A stretch of 64,000 nt of DNA from Lama glama. Its lineage: Eukaryota. The stretch is taken from positions 14,260,001-14,324,000 of the forward strand of contig CM052831.1 of NCBI GenBank assembly GCA_028534125.1, given 5' to 3'. Below, piece by piece: positions 26,923-41,215 of this stretch (positions are counted from its first letter, which is position 1; every line of letters begins with the position of its first letter). Both the position numbers and the translations under genes were made by a program. The notes below the pieces were generated by a model, which was not told where the DNA came from, made no database searches, and worked only from the letters and a program-made list of their open reading frames with translations.

Positions 26923-29555
26923 TGAGGCATTCTTCTTAACCAAGCAAAGACAAGATGAAATAAAAAATGGTGGGCATGTTCGGCCAAGTCTGCCAATGTG
27001 TTGTGTCTGTTGTAATGAAGTCACCAGGATGGTTCTCCAAAACCCTGGTGACTCCATCCTTTCTAATTATCAAAGGAAGTCTTTTGACTGCTTCTTGGAG
27101 TCGTTAGTGGAATTACCAAAGGAAATTAGCTGTTCAAATGTCCCCTATGCAAGGGCCTAGAAATGAACAAAGCTGGACAAGATTCTCTTAGCTCTTTTTG
27201 ATTTAGTCTCACTTCAAAAAACAAAAAGTGATAGTAATATCAGAAAGATGGCTCTACCTCACTGCCTCCTAGAAACTTAATTTTAATAAAATCTGCCTGA
27301 AATAGAGAAGAGAACAAAAAACATTTTGAGGGAGTAGTTTAGAAACTTTAGTGCCCTTGGGAAGAAGTGGCAGCAGAGGACAAAGAAGGGAAAAATCATT
27401 CTATAAACCTGTAATATGTTTCAGTACTGATTGATGACCAAAGTTGTATATTTGGGCAGATGGTGTTTGGTCAGTAGAAGAATATAATTATCAAAATGCC
27501 ACAGTTCAAAGGCCAAAAGACTTTCTTTGTAACGTGTCTGTGTGTTGCTGTATTGTGTTTGTGCGTGTTTTCGTAAAAGGCTCATCACTGACGTCTTCTG
27601 TATCCTGTCATTGGGCATCTTCCTTTCAACAGGAAGCTCTTTAAATAAAATTACTATTTGCTTATTGATTCTCAGAGAAACAAATTTTTTTCCAATGGAC
27701 TGCACTGTATGATAAGCCTAGATCTGGTGGCCACAACTGCCCAAACCATGGTGGCTTACCCCTCAGTGGGCAATAATAAGGCAGAAACTTGCTACATTTG
27801 ATGTCACTGTAGGATGGGCACGTGTTCCTGTATTAATTGATGCTGAGAAAAAATTGGTCTGGGCTGGAGGTCTCCACAGAGGTCCTTTCCTTGTTCACAG
27901 ACAGGCACAGCGGATTTAAAGCAAACTCAGCCAAGAACCGAGTGCTGGCTGGAAAGCACTCGGGGTCTATTTGGGTGATAATCCTCCTGCTTGAGTGAAC
28001 CGAAGACAGAGACGCAACTTGATTTAATTTGTTGTTTCAATGAGGCTATTACAGCAAATACCCTTTAGCCAGCTACTCAGACAGAAAGAAAATATTGTTA
28101 CCTTAGCGTGCTCAAGAAAATACCATTCTCAAATTGTGCTTCTGGGTGTCCTATGATGTAGCTTAACTCCACGTTCCATGGCATCTTACAGCTTAGCCTC
28201 AGCAATTATAATCAGAAAGTGCTGGATTAGAAGCACCATTTAAAGCACAGCATTAAGATAGCTCAGGCAGAAATATTGGATTCAGACTCCTCTGACTTGG
28301 ACTCACCTGTTCATTTAGTTTCTTCTCTCTTAGTGTATTCATTCACTATACATTTTAAGTTTATGGGTAAATCCTGAAAAGGGAACATCTCTCGGCAGCT
28401 TGAAATCTAAACAACCACTTTCTTCTTCCCTGTCCCATTGTACAAAATCAGAGAAGATGGGAATTAAATTCTTAGGCCAATATGGTCCTTCAGCCTCAAA
28501 GCCAATGAATTAAATAAACCCAGAAAGTCTGCAAAACAACATTTGAAAATCTCCTTTAGGATTCATGGCCGCTAAATTACATTTTCTCCCCTTAAATGAA
28601 AGATTTGTCATTTTACAGATGATAAAATGCACTAGTTATACATTAAAATATTAAGTAAGAATTAAGTGGAAATTACCCTTTTTTAATTCCCTTAGTTAAG
28701 TAACAGAGTGGTATATAGAACAATTTCATGTACAGTAAGCATGTTCTTATGGAAATTACTTTTCTGTAAAAAAAAAAGAGATTTTCATTTTAAAGCTCTG
28801 GACTATCACAGGGCTTTTAAAGTAAAAAAAACAATCATGTTATTGGGTAATAAATTAATACTTAAAATGTTGAAACATTAGAGGCACATTGTGGAGTAAG
28901 GCACTCATATTAACAATGAAATATAGTTCCCTGACATAGAACAGTTTTACTGTCACCATTGATCTTAAGGATATGGAAGGCTGGATATTTTTTGGTAATA
29001 GTAGTAAAGAGGAAATTTTGTAAATTTGGAAATGTTAAGATGTTTGAGAGTAATAAAATGGTCTAACAAGTCATATTATTAGCTTTGCTAGTCTTCATTA
29101 CTTTAAAGGCAAAAAGTGATTTTTTTTTTAATGGAAAACACTCATTACCTCAAGCTGTTTTCTTTCATCTCCTAGTTGATGACATCAGGTACTTAACAGG
29201 TCTTCTGATCCTCGGAGTAGCCTCCGCACAAGAGGTCACTCTGACTTAGCCTGCACTCCTTCCTCAGGCACAGGCACCCACCATGTGCCGCGCGTGATGA
29301 TGTGAATTTATTTAAATTCCCAGGGAATTTAACCAGGGAGAGTGGTGAGTGCTCACTTCAGCCTTAGTCAGGGATAATGGCTTGGGTTTGATTAGGAGTT
29401 ATCAAACAGTGACTAGTCCTTTGAAAAAAACTTCAGGCTCAATGACTGGTCCCACTGTTTCCTTTCGCCCAGCATCCTCTGTTACTTCACCTGTCCAGAT
29501 CATCTGTGTTGGAAAGCTTTCGTCTGCACAAGCACCATCAGTGCTGGTCCTGTAA

Positions 29556-29768
<213 letters not shown>

Positions 29769-30309
29769 TGAAGACTTCAAAGCGAATTGGCAGCAGGGAC
29801 AGATCGCCAAAATTTTGAGTCCAGCTAGGTGCACCCCTGACTGTTTCATCTCAGGCAGTGGGGGTTATTCTTTGGATTTTGTGGAGCTCTTTTTGCCTTG
29901 AAGAAAAGGAAAGTTGGTGTTTGTGCTTGTGGAAAGTGGCAGCTGTGGCATCTGAAGCTCCCCATCAAAGGAAAGGAAACCTAAAAGCAATATAGGGATA
30001 GACATCAACTGAGAGAACAATGGCCCGATCCTCCTGGCCAGTTCTGTTCAATCTGCCAGCAGGTAGTTTGGCTTTGTATACGGAGTAGCTAGTGTACAGA
30101 GAGCACTTACCAAGTATTACGAGAGATTCGAGAAAGTAGGACCACCAACTTTACAAAATTAGAGAAAGAACCCTGAACAAGGGTTAGGAGATATTTAACC
30201 TCACCAGGGCTCATCTTTAGAATCAACTGAATAGAACATCACAGGATTCATTTGAAAGGGGAAAAGAGAACTAAAGTTAAGTATTGTTCATTTCTTCATC
30301 ACAATTAAT

Positions 30310-30530
30310 AGCTATTATTTATTGAGTGTTTACTATGTGCCGGATGCTATGCTAGAGGCTTCTAACATACAGTCTTCTCCTTTATCCATCAAACCCATGA
30401 ATTTACCCGCACTTTTCAGATCCTCAAATAAAGACCCAGAAACGTTGATGAACTTGCCTGGGATCACAGAGTTAGTAAATGAAGGGGCTGGAAAGGGTGT
30501 AATTCCAGAGTCCATATTCTTAACCACTCT
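30310..30530 (-). mobile_element. MIR SINE fragment
   Basis: atttattgagtgtttactatgtgcc...aacttgcctgggatcacagagttagtaaatgaaggggctgg (antisense MIR). Confidence 0.65.
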
Positions 30531-31151
30531 TGTTTTATTTTTTTTTTCTTAACCACTCTTGTGTTGAAGTTCTTTGTCAACAGTTAATGCCACATAAAGA
30601 TTGTTGTAGCATTACTATCTAGTGAGAAGGCAAGCAAAGCACAAATATTTTAGCCAAAGTTGAGTGAATGATTAATGTAACAGCAAGGCACTGACTAGAA
30701 AAATCTGTTCTGCATACAGCTGTTACAGACTACAGAAATGGGGATGTCAAACCAGACTTTGCCTGATTTATCCCTTCATTTAACAGTATTTATTGTGCAT
30801 TCCCTACTGCTAGGCACACGCTAGCCTTTAAAGAATAGTTGTATTACTACTATATTTAGCAGAGGAGGGTTCTCAGGTAGACAGAAAAGGGAAAAACTGT
30901 TTTGACGTTGAAGGGAATAAAATGATTTATTTCTACAAAAAGAGGGAAAAAGTCATCACCAAACCATCAGTAGATGTTAAGGAACCAAACAAGAAAAAAA
31001 CAATTTTTTTTTTCACCATTTAAGAATCGTTGTAGCACCTAGCACAGCACCTGGTATCCAGTGGGTGCTCAATAAGTGTTTGTGTCATGGCTTGCAGACA
31101 CGAGTGAATGAACTGAATTGCTCTTACAGATGTTCAGGCCATCACTTGGTG

Positions 31152-31463
31152 CAGGGCAAACCTCATTTTATTGCGCTTCGCAGAGAATACTTTTTTTTTT
31201 TTTTTTTTGAGAATTGAGGTTTTGTGGCAACCCTGAATTGTCCGAGGATGCGTAGCAATTTTTAACAATGAAGTATTTTTTAATTAAGGTGTGCACTTCT
31301 TTAAAGACAATGCTATTGCACACTTCATAGACTACAGTATAGTGTAAACATAGCTTTTATAGGTCCTGGGAAACCAAAACATGCACAAGACTCGCTTTGT
31401 GATGGTATTTGCTCTATTGTGGTTGTCTGGAACCAAACCCGCAATGTCTCTGAGGTCCGCCTG
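31152..31463. mobile_element. Non-autonomous Tigger1 deletion derivative (TcMar-Tigger; Tigger1a_Art-like)
   Basis: Both Tigger1 ends joined in ~310 bp: CAGGGCAAACCTCATTTTATTGCGCTTCGCAGA...TTTGTGGCAACCCTG and ...GTCTGGAACCAAACCCGCAATGTCTCTGAGGTCCGCCTG followed by TA. Confidence 0.85.
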
Positions 31464-31515
31464 TAATAGTAAATCAAAAGGTCAGTGTTTCATCCATCAT
31501 CCAATTACTCAACAG

Positions 31516-31708
31516 ATTTATATCGGTCACATCGTACCACTGGGTGCTGCTGATACCGACGGCCGNNNNNNNNNNNNNNNNNNNNNNNNNNNNNNNNNNN
31601 NNNNNNNNNNNNNNNNNNNNNNNNNNNNNNNNNNNNNNNNNNNNNNNNNNNNNNNNNNNNNNNNNNNNNNNNNNNNNNNNNNNNNNNNNNNNNNNNNNNN
31701 NNNNNNNN
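31516..31708 (+). CDS. MAGI1: MAGI1 exon, PDZ3 core: IYIGHIVPLGAADTDGR... (3' part hidden by Ns 31566-31713)
   Basis: caacAG acceptor ending 31515; visible 50 nt translate to IYIGHIVPLGAADTDGR. The end is inferred from the recalled 64-aa + 1 nt human exon, which would place the donor in the last 5 Ns. Confidence 0.9.
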
Positions 31709-33113
31709 NNNNNTTTTTCATTCGTTCCTTTAGACAGTGCCTTGTCACTGGATTCATAGAAAAGGCCCCTTCCTGTGTCTGCCTCCTCAAGCATCTCTTT
31801 GAGCAAATGTGATTAAGCTCAGAATTTCCAGATGGTTTGCTTCTCTCGAACCCTGCACAACTACTGTCATTCGAAAGTACTTTAATGTGCTATCCGTGTC
31901 TGTTCCGCACAGGCTTGTAGAAGAATGCTAGTTGAATATACGTTACCTTCCCCCATCCCCTTTCCCACTAGAACTTAGTTACTCTCTTCATTTGATGGGA
32001 ATTCTCAACAAAATAGGTCATTTAGGACAGTCAGGAGCCTTGTAGCTTCAAGTTAAAAGGTCAAAATTCAGTTTGTGCTGCAAAATAAGCTCATTAAAAA
32101 GTTACTCTGTTGTTGACAGTCATATGAATTAAAGCGAGATTTTAATTTTTTAATTTTTCTCTATACGGAAGTTGTAGAGCTGGCCAGTTCTAAGTCATCT
32201 GTGATTCCTTCCTCCTGCACGCTTCGAAGTACTTGAGTTCTCAAAATACTGCATACCTTTCAGGCCCAGCTCAAATATAGCCTTCTCTGTGAAACCCTCA
32301 GAAGTTCCCTCCTTCCTTTCACTGCCTTCAGATTTCAGCATCCTCTTCTTGCCATTCTTGGAAATCACAGTTGATTTCTCTGTGATTCTGCCATTTTGAG
32401 ACAGTTCACTGTGTGAGTGTCTGCCCTTTCCATTCATTCACCAACTGTGTCAGCAGCCCCCACACCCAGTTATTCAGGACAGAATGCAGAATGCAGGAGA
32501 GACAAATCTTGGGTTGTATCAGTTGAATTATTGAAGAAATATGCCATGAAATACTATGAATTCTTCATAGTTTTAATATTAGTGAAACAACTACATATGA
32601 GATAAAATCACCAGGCACCTTGTTAAAAAAAAAAAAAGTTAGTAGAGCTCATTTAAGTGGTATATAATTAATTACAGAATTAGGATATCAGATTTCCTGC
32701 GTGACAGTTCTACCTCCTGCAGCCACGGGAAACACTGTTAATCAGTTATGTCCCTAGAGCTCATCGATGGCGTCAGAATCTTAACGTTGAATTCCATGCA
32801 ACCAACAGCAGTCAGAAATGGCTTTTGAGATGAGATGAAAACTTTTTGACTCTACTGGCCCAAATAAAAATAGGAGATATATGTGATATTTGTTGGTTTC
32901 AGATTTATTTTTACAATGTTAAATGTTGAGGATTTTTAGTTCTGGGTCAAAGGCATGTTAAATCTTNNNNNNNNNNNNNNNNNNNNNNNNNNNNNNNNNN
33001 NNNNNNNNNNNNNNNNNNNNNNNNNNNNNNNNNNNNNNNNNNNNNNNNNNNNNNNNNNNNNNNNNNNNNNNNNNNNNNNNNNNNNNNNNNNNNNNNNNNN
33101 NNNNNNNNNNNNN

Positions 33114-33280
33114 GCTATTTACTAGATACAGATTTTCAGTTCTGGAAGAGGAAGAAGTTCTGGAGATGGGTGGTGGTGATGAGTAACGGAACAATATTTC
33201 TGTACTTAATGCCATTGGACTATTTACCTAAAATGGTTAAAATAATAATGTTCCATATATTTTACTACAATATAAACTAA
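33114..33280 (+). mobile_element. L1MB-like 3' terminal fragment
   Basis: ttttcagttctggaagaggaagaagttctggagatgggtggtggtgatg...gtacttaatgccattgg...aaaatggttaaaat. Confidence 0.75.
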
Positions 33281-33754
33281 ATCTATGAAAGGAGACACTT
33301 TGGGGAATAAATGTAGTAGTTCTATCCAAAACCCAAATATGCATTTTGCTTTTGGCATGAAATTTAAGTAAGTTGATACCGCCTACTACTGTGGCTGTTT
33401 AGGAGTGCCCTACCCTGCCACTTGACAAAGGAGTAAAACTGGAATTTGATGAAATGAATTCTGAGGGAGGCTAATGCATCCAGATGTGTGATCAGAGTAG
33501 ATAATTGACATCTGGAAGCTGGGAAGAGGTGCTAAGTATACCTTTGGCTGGCACTGCCAGGAATCCCACAGTCTGGAAAATCTTAATGGTACTGTCAGCT
33601 TACAGTCTCTCCCCTGACGGAAAAGGCAGAAGCAGAACTGTTTGGAGAGCCGAACAGAAATGGGACTTGAGGGTCATGACAGTTTGAATGCAGCAAAGGG
33701 CGTGTCCTGAGGCAGAGATGGTGGCGTCACCTACACTTCCTTGTTGATGGGTCG

Positions 33755-34108
33755 TTTTTGTTTATTTGTTTCATGGAAGTATAGTTGCTGTACAACACAC
33801 TGTAAGTTATGGGTGTACAGTGCAGTGATTGGCCATCTTTAAAGGTTATACTCCATTTATAGTTAATAAAATATTGGTTATATTCCCCATGCTGTACAAT
33901 ACATTCCTGTAGCTTATTTTATACCTAATAGTTTGTACCTCTACCCCCATATTGCTCCTCTCCCCCGCTGATAACCCTTAGTTTGTTCTGTGTGTCTGCT
34001 GCTTTTTTTGTTACATTCACTAGTTTGTTGTATTTTTGAGATTCTACGTGTGCGTGATATCATACGGTATCTGCCTTTCTGTCTGACTCATTCCACTTAG
34101 CATAACGT
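33755..34108 (-). mobile_element. L1 3'UTR fragment (cetartiodactyl/L1MA-type)
   Basis: ggaagtatagttgctgtacaac...tttaaaggttatactccatttatagtt...gtgatatcatacggtatctgcctttctgtctgactcattccacttagcataa. Confidence 0.8.
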
Positions 34109-34306
34109 GGAGAGGTTGTGTTTTGATTCGTGCTCCAGGAAATATTTCAGACTGGGCCGATCTTGCTGCAAACTTGAGTCTGAATGCAGGTGTTGATACA
34201 CAGTAGGCAGCGAATGGAACAGAATTTGGTGTCCGTTTGTGTTTTGCCATGGGGGGGATGTCAGTAGATCCTGAGTGGTAAATACTTACCGGGAGCAGAG
34301 GTTTGA

Positions 34307-34903
<597 letters not shown>

Positions 34904-37736
34904 TAGCTTTTCCCCTCCTGAAGGTTGGGATTTTTTGTTTTTTTAAACCCTTCAGCTTGCATTCTGAATGTGTGTTCACAGGCTGAACACCTCAGGCGTA
35001 GGTGAAACATGCAAAGCTGCTCCTCAGCGGTATAGAGCGGGAAAAATTCTTGCCAGAGAAAGCCCTGTGCCAGGTCCTGAGTAGGAGATCATTTATAGCA
35101 GTAGCCTCAGAAGGTATAAGAGTTTTTAGAAGCCCACAGTTGAAAAAATAAATGCCTAGGAGAAAAAAAATAGAGGTGTAGGGAGTAAAAATATGCATGA
35201 AGTGCCCTTTCCACCTTATCCGTGTCCTTTCTCTACTCTCTCCCCATCTGAAATGTTTACGTTTTAATTTTTAAATGGTATGTTTGCTGTTGCCTGGTTA
35301 AGGATGTAATTAAAATCCAAGTTAAGAGCCATTTGTCTTCACTGCCCTTGAATTCTAGAAAGGGTGATTATCCTGTCTCATCCAGATGTTGGGGGCTTTA
35401 GCAGAGTGTGGGGAACCATAGTTATCCCCCCTCTGCTGGGGGTTAACTCTCTGCTGGGTGCACTAGCCAAGGTAAAATAGGAAGCCAGGTGATTCCAGGA
35501 ACTAGGAATCTATGCATCTGTTTCCTTTTAGAATGGAATGAACTCTCAAAATGGTCCATCTTCTTCATTAAAAGTCATTTGTCATTTTCCCCAAGCACAT
35601 TTATTAATTAACATGGAATATGACTGGCGGACAGGGAAGGGCTGGACAGGCTTTGAAATTTACTCTAGCTCTGTCTTGAAATGACTTGTCCACACGGAGC
35701 CTGAGGACCAGTGGTCACTTGCCAGCTAACATCTACTAAGTGCTCCATCCCATTTGCTTCCTGCTCCAGTAGAACTTCACTTGCCTCCTTTAGCCTTGGT
35801 ACATTGCTTCCTATTAAAGCCGTCTCCCCCAAGGTGTGTTCATTAGAGGCAGAGTCAAGCCAGGTCTATGCATGTGTGGCTGCGGTAACAAACACCCCAT
35901 TACTAACCGTGCTTTTCTGAGCTGTATTAATAACGTTATCATAGCATGTTGTGGGTGGGTGACTTGACCTCAAGGCAGGGTTTGGGGGGCTTGTTTTTAA
36001 GTTAATTTTAAAATATTAATTTCTGCTTAATTTAAAAATAAAAAAGGCAGAGAAGGGAAAAGAAAACTCAAGTTAGTTTCTTTTGAGGTACAATTTGCAC
36101 CCTGTGATGTTCTCAGGATTTTTGACTTCTCAGTTTCACTTTCTAGAATGAACTAGATGTTTCAGACGGGAGGCTATGTTTTATTTAACAAATATTGAAT
36201 GTCTTCACTTGCAATTTGATCTTTGATTGTTTTTCTCCAGCTCTTACAATGAACAAATTAAACTTTCCCTAATACCTTGCACGAGACTTCTATTCTGAGC
36301 TATACAGAGCTTCCCTCCTACCCGCCAGATGCTACCTTTCCCATGGGATTTGTCCTTGGAGATGGGCTAGACTTAATCAAGACCTTGAATTCCATCCAGT
36401 AGGAAGGCTTCCCCCTGCACCTGCTTCTTGCCATTCCAAAAGACTGTTTAACTTCCTTTTTGAAAAGATTCTTTGACTTTGATCTTATGTCCAGTAATAC
36501 AGACTCAGGCAAATATTCAAAGGAACTGTAGCTCATTTTCCCACACATTTTATCCTTAAGCGCTAAATTATGATGGAAGAGCCTGCTAAGTTAGTTTCAA
36601 CATCTCCCATGTTAATTTTGTTACCCTTTCCCAAAGGTGGCGCGACTGTATTACTCTCTTTACAGTCCCCAGAAAGACAAACTCTCGACCAGTGAATATG
36701 CACAAGAAACTCTGAAACACAGTATATGATTATCTGGAAACCCTATGTCGGCCTGCAAGCCAGCTTTCCACCTCTCTCTTACAGTTATCCACACTCTTGG
36801 TTGTGACACGAAATGTCTTAGAGCGCACGGTCGACCTTCAAAAAAAGTGCATTCCTGATTTACCCTCTCGTAGCTTGTGTAGGAACTGGTCAGGAGAAAG
36901 GAAGTGTTTAAAGGAAGAGGGTTGAGGAATGATCTGAACCTAGCTTTGGATCCCTATCCTCAGTTTCTTACTCCTTTGAGGGGATTTTTGTGACCAAGGA
37001 GGAGGACGTCAGAGCTAATGGGCCATTTGGGCCCTTCTCTGAAAGCCCACAACACAGACTGATGGAGCAGAGGTCGTTAAAGGAAAAATAGGTGTCAACA
37101 TTGGGTGCCTTCTTGGCTTATCTCATAATTATGCCCTTTTTCTAAAGCTTTCATCATTCTGGCTAGAAATTCAGAAAGTCTGCCCATCAGGTGTTTTCAG
37201 TTTGAATTTTCGGTGCTAGCAGACTCGTATGCCTCACCAGACACTCGGTGATTATTTTTTCTAAATGTGGAGAAAGAACAAAACATTGGCAGAAACTTAA
37301 GCAACAGCTGGCAAAAAAATGAAGTGATGTGAGCGCAGGATGGATAAAAAAACCTCCCTCCCAGCTCTGGGTTTCACATTCGCAGTCTCAAAATAAGCCC
37401 ACAGCAAGTTATTTCGGGGCTTTTGAGAATCTTTGAAGTTGCCAAAGATCCCCAAATTGGCCATTAATGTAAGGAGGGAAGCTGGGGTTTTCCCCATGGT
37501 TTGAATCAGAAAAGGACAGGAGTGATGAGCTATCATTTCAGGGCAGTAACTTCTTACAGAGGCGCCCTGAACTTTGCCAATGTTTTGACCCTCGGCACAG
37601 AGTTCTCCTTAAATAACATTTGCTTAATGCTTTAATTAATTAACACTTAACCTTCTCTTTCCCTTTTCAACCCTTTTTCTCCTCCCTTCACTCTATTNNN
37701 NNNNNNNNNNNNNNNNNNNNNNNNNNNNNNNNNNNN

Positions 37737-38008
<272 letters not shown>

Positions 38009-38579
38009 TAGCGTTGACTTAGAGGCAGCCTTATCCATCCCTAACTGAACATGCCCATCAAACAAAACGTGAGCCACTGTTACTAAACCTTACCTCGCCC
38101 TCTTGACTTAATCCTCTAGCCCTGGGACCCTGTCTTGCTGCAGAGAGTCTTAAATTTTCCCCAGTTTATTTTGGTTTTGGTGCCCTTGTCTTTCAAATGA
38201 CAGACTAGTTTGAATACAGGTGGTGAAGCTTCCCTGATACCTGAAAATTATTAATGATGTTTTAAAAACAATTACTAAAATTTAAGTGTATATAATATGA
38301 CAGCACAAAACTTATATAATGACAATACAGAACCAATGCTATGGTAGTTTTTGTTTTTTTGCTTGTTTTGTTTTGTTTTCAGAATAAGTAGATATATTCA
38401 AGTGTTTTACTTAATGAGAGAGTCTTAGGATTTGAGTCTGCTTAGTTTGTCCCTAATGTTTTACATGTGGATAAAGAAAGAAAAAAAACTCAGTATTTTT
38501 GATAGATTGTATCTACTTTAAAATAAGCATGTTCTTGTTTGTTTGTTTGATTAAATTCAGATATTTGGTTCTTATATAC

Positions 38580-38700
38580 CAGTGGCAATTCTGCCCTCCA
38601 AGGGACATTTGACATTGTCTGGAGTGGGTGCTAATGGCATGTAGTGAGTAGAGGCCAGTACACATCCTTTAGTACACAGGCTAGCTCCCCCTACCCCTCA
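38580..38700. mobile_element. MER20-like hAT fossil
   Basis: ggcaattctgccctccaagggacatttgacattgtctggag...gctaatggcatgtagtgagtagaggccag. Confidence 0.65.
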
Positions 38701-41103
38701 AATTAAAAAGTTACCTAACAAAATATATCATATTCATTACTCATATTAATTAAAAATGAAGTTAATATACTAATGTCACTAAGTATAGATCCTTCAGAGG
38801 ATTAAGTCCTAAATATTGTCTTCCTTGTAGGCAGACTTTGCCCTTGGGAAGAAAGTGATACTTGTCCAAGAATGTTTCAGGGTCTTTTTTTTTTCATTCT
38901 TCCTATGTAGGTTATAAAATAAAATACATATTTTAAAAACTAGTGTGTTTTTCTCAAGAGGAAAATGTGCTTTGTGGAGATAGTGTGATAAAAATTCTAT
39001 GCCATTGATCTGTAAAATAAGATAATCAAAGATGTTATCTGAAATTAATTCACAGATGAACAGTTACTAATTGTTAGAAAATGAGCTTTATTAGTTTAAA
39101 ATTTGAGTGATATAGACTGTGCCTTCCAGAAAAAGTCAATCCAAAACCAAACAAAAAATGTTTAAAAATTGTTCATTCCAAGAACAGAGAAGTTTCTCTG
39201 TGCCAAAAATACCCCATACCAAATGTGGGAGGAAAAAATAGCTTCTTGAATGATGGTCTATTTCAGCCTGCCTCAGAGGCATGGTTAGTAATTTACCATC
39301 TGGTCTGGAGTCCACTCTACCAATTCACCACTCTGGGAAGCTATTACAATTTAGAAAAGTGATCACAAGATGATCGAACGTAGGTTCCTAATGGAAAAGA
39401 TGAAGGAAGCCAGAAAAATTCATTGACAAATGGTTGAGAGAGCCTAACGTAATATATAAATTTAGATACATTCATCCACATGCTGTGGAGAGATTTCAAA
39501 AAACTAATTCAAAAGAATTGGACACAGGAATTGACTTGCTGGGTCTATGTTAAGTCAGTCTTAATGTGAGAATGAGAATTTCCAAAAAGGAAGGAAGGGA
39601 AGAAAGAACTCCTTGAGAGAAGGGCTTAGAAAAAGGGTTCACAGTCAGGAAAGACATAAATACGCAGAAGTAACTTATACAACTGTGCATATATTTGTTG
39701 ACTTAATTTAATGTTGTGCAATCGAAAATATGTTTTGGAAAATCTGAACATGCAAAAATATAAAGCAGGCTAGACTATGCAATAACAATTGTCAATAAAA
39801 AGACATTTTTTAAGCTTCAGTACTTGAAATATGTTAGATGAAAGTAAACATTAAAGTTGATAGAGCATAGTTAAGGATTGGTTTGCTGCTGAGGATGTGA
39901 TTTTTATCCCAAGATATTTCAGGAATTCATTGCCATGATAATAAAACTCTTTATCAATTGAAAAGTCCAGGTAAAGGGCATCAAGTCTGGCAGATGGTGG
40001 ATTTATGATTCTCATCTTTCAACTGGGGCCCAAAATTGCCAACTTGGAAATTAGAGTGAAGGCAGACATGTTAGTTCTCTAGAGAGATGTCGCAGCAATC
40101 CAGGAGGGTTTTGCAAAAACTTAGGAGACAGAGACTGACCGTTAACATTTTGATGAAGAGGAAATTGTGCTGGATCCACTACCTCTCCATGAAAAAGTGT
40201 GTTTGACGTGATAGACTGAAAGGTAAAAGGCAGGTGTTCTCTCCATGGTAGGGACCTCTGGTCTCCTTCAGATCTCTCACTCTAGTATTTAATCAGTCAA
40301 ATAGCCGAGAGACATTTTACTGCATGATCCTCATGGGGAGACTGAAATTCTCCATCAGAGTGGCTTTGGGGCTCTTTGAAATCTATCTAGTCTGGGGTAC
40401 TGTTCTCAGAAACCCAAGGAGGCACTTCAGAAAGATGCATTCTGGGTTGTGCAGTGCTTGGAACCCAGTCCAAATCACTGCTTTATCTAGCTCATGCTGC
40501 CTAATTTTTTTTCTTGTCGTATCACTTCATTCTCCATCTTCACTTCTCTCAGTCTCCAGTTTCCCTCACTCTCCTTCTGCTATTTCTGTCTTACCTTTCT
40601 TGCTCTACCAGCCCTCCTCTTTCAAAAGCTTTGAAACATGACCCCTTGGTTTGGCATTATTGTGTTGTTAGAAAGCCTACCTTCAGAATTCCCAGACAGG
40701 CCTAGATCAGGGCAGTCCTGACCATCTCTGTTTTTACTACCTTGGGGATGAGGTTGGGAGACGAAGTAGGGGCAGAGCCTATTCTCCTCTGAGATATGGG
40801 TGAGGGACAGGAAGTAGTGGCAACACAGAAAGGCCCAGACAGTGGCTCAACATACTGAATATTGAAATTCGACTGGTCAAACCACACATACTTCCTACCA
40901 CTTGTATAGAAATACCCTCTAAAGTCTGGGGTGGGAGTGAGATTCTAGTCAGACAGGGCAGAGCCTGACTAAGCCAGGCTAACATGGAATCGTAAGTCTG
41001 AATGAGGTTCAAGGTACTGGAAATATTTATGAGCTTAAAGATGTATTATTGAAATATGGTCTTAAATTTGTAGTTCACATCTCTCTGTTTTAAAGTATTT
41101 GCT

Positions 41104-41215
41104 TGTCAGTGGTAGAGTGTGTGCTTGGCATGCACGAGGTCCTGGGTTCAATCCCCAGTACCTCTGTTAAAAATAAATAAATGAACCTAATCACCCCCTC
41201 CATTAAAAAATAAAA
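41104..41215 (+). mobile_element. 5'-truncated Vic-1-like SINE with perfect 13-bp TSD
   Basis: cagtggtagagtgtgtgcttggcatgcacgaggtcctgggttcaatccccagtacctc plus tail. TSD TAAAGTATTTGCT at 41091-41103 and 41216-41228. Confidence 0.9.

Noticed and set aside
29294-29400. Box C-like GTGATGA suggesting an intronic C/D snoRNA (similar ATGATG plus hairpin at ~63185-63232)
   Set aside because: No suitably placed CTGA D box with terminal stem and no recognisable guide sequence
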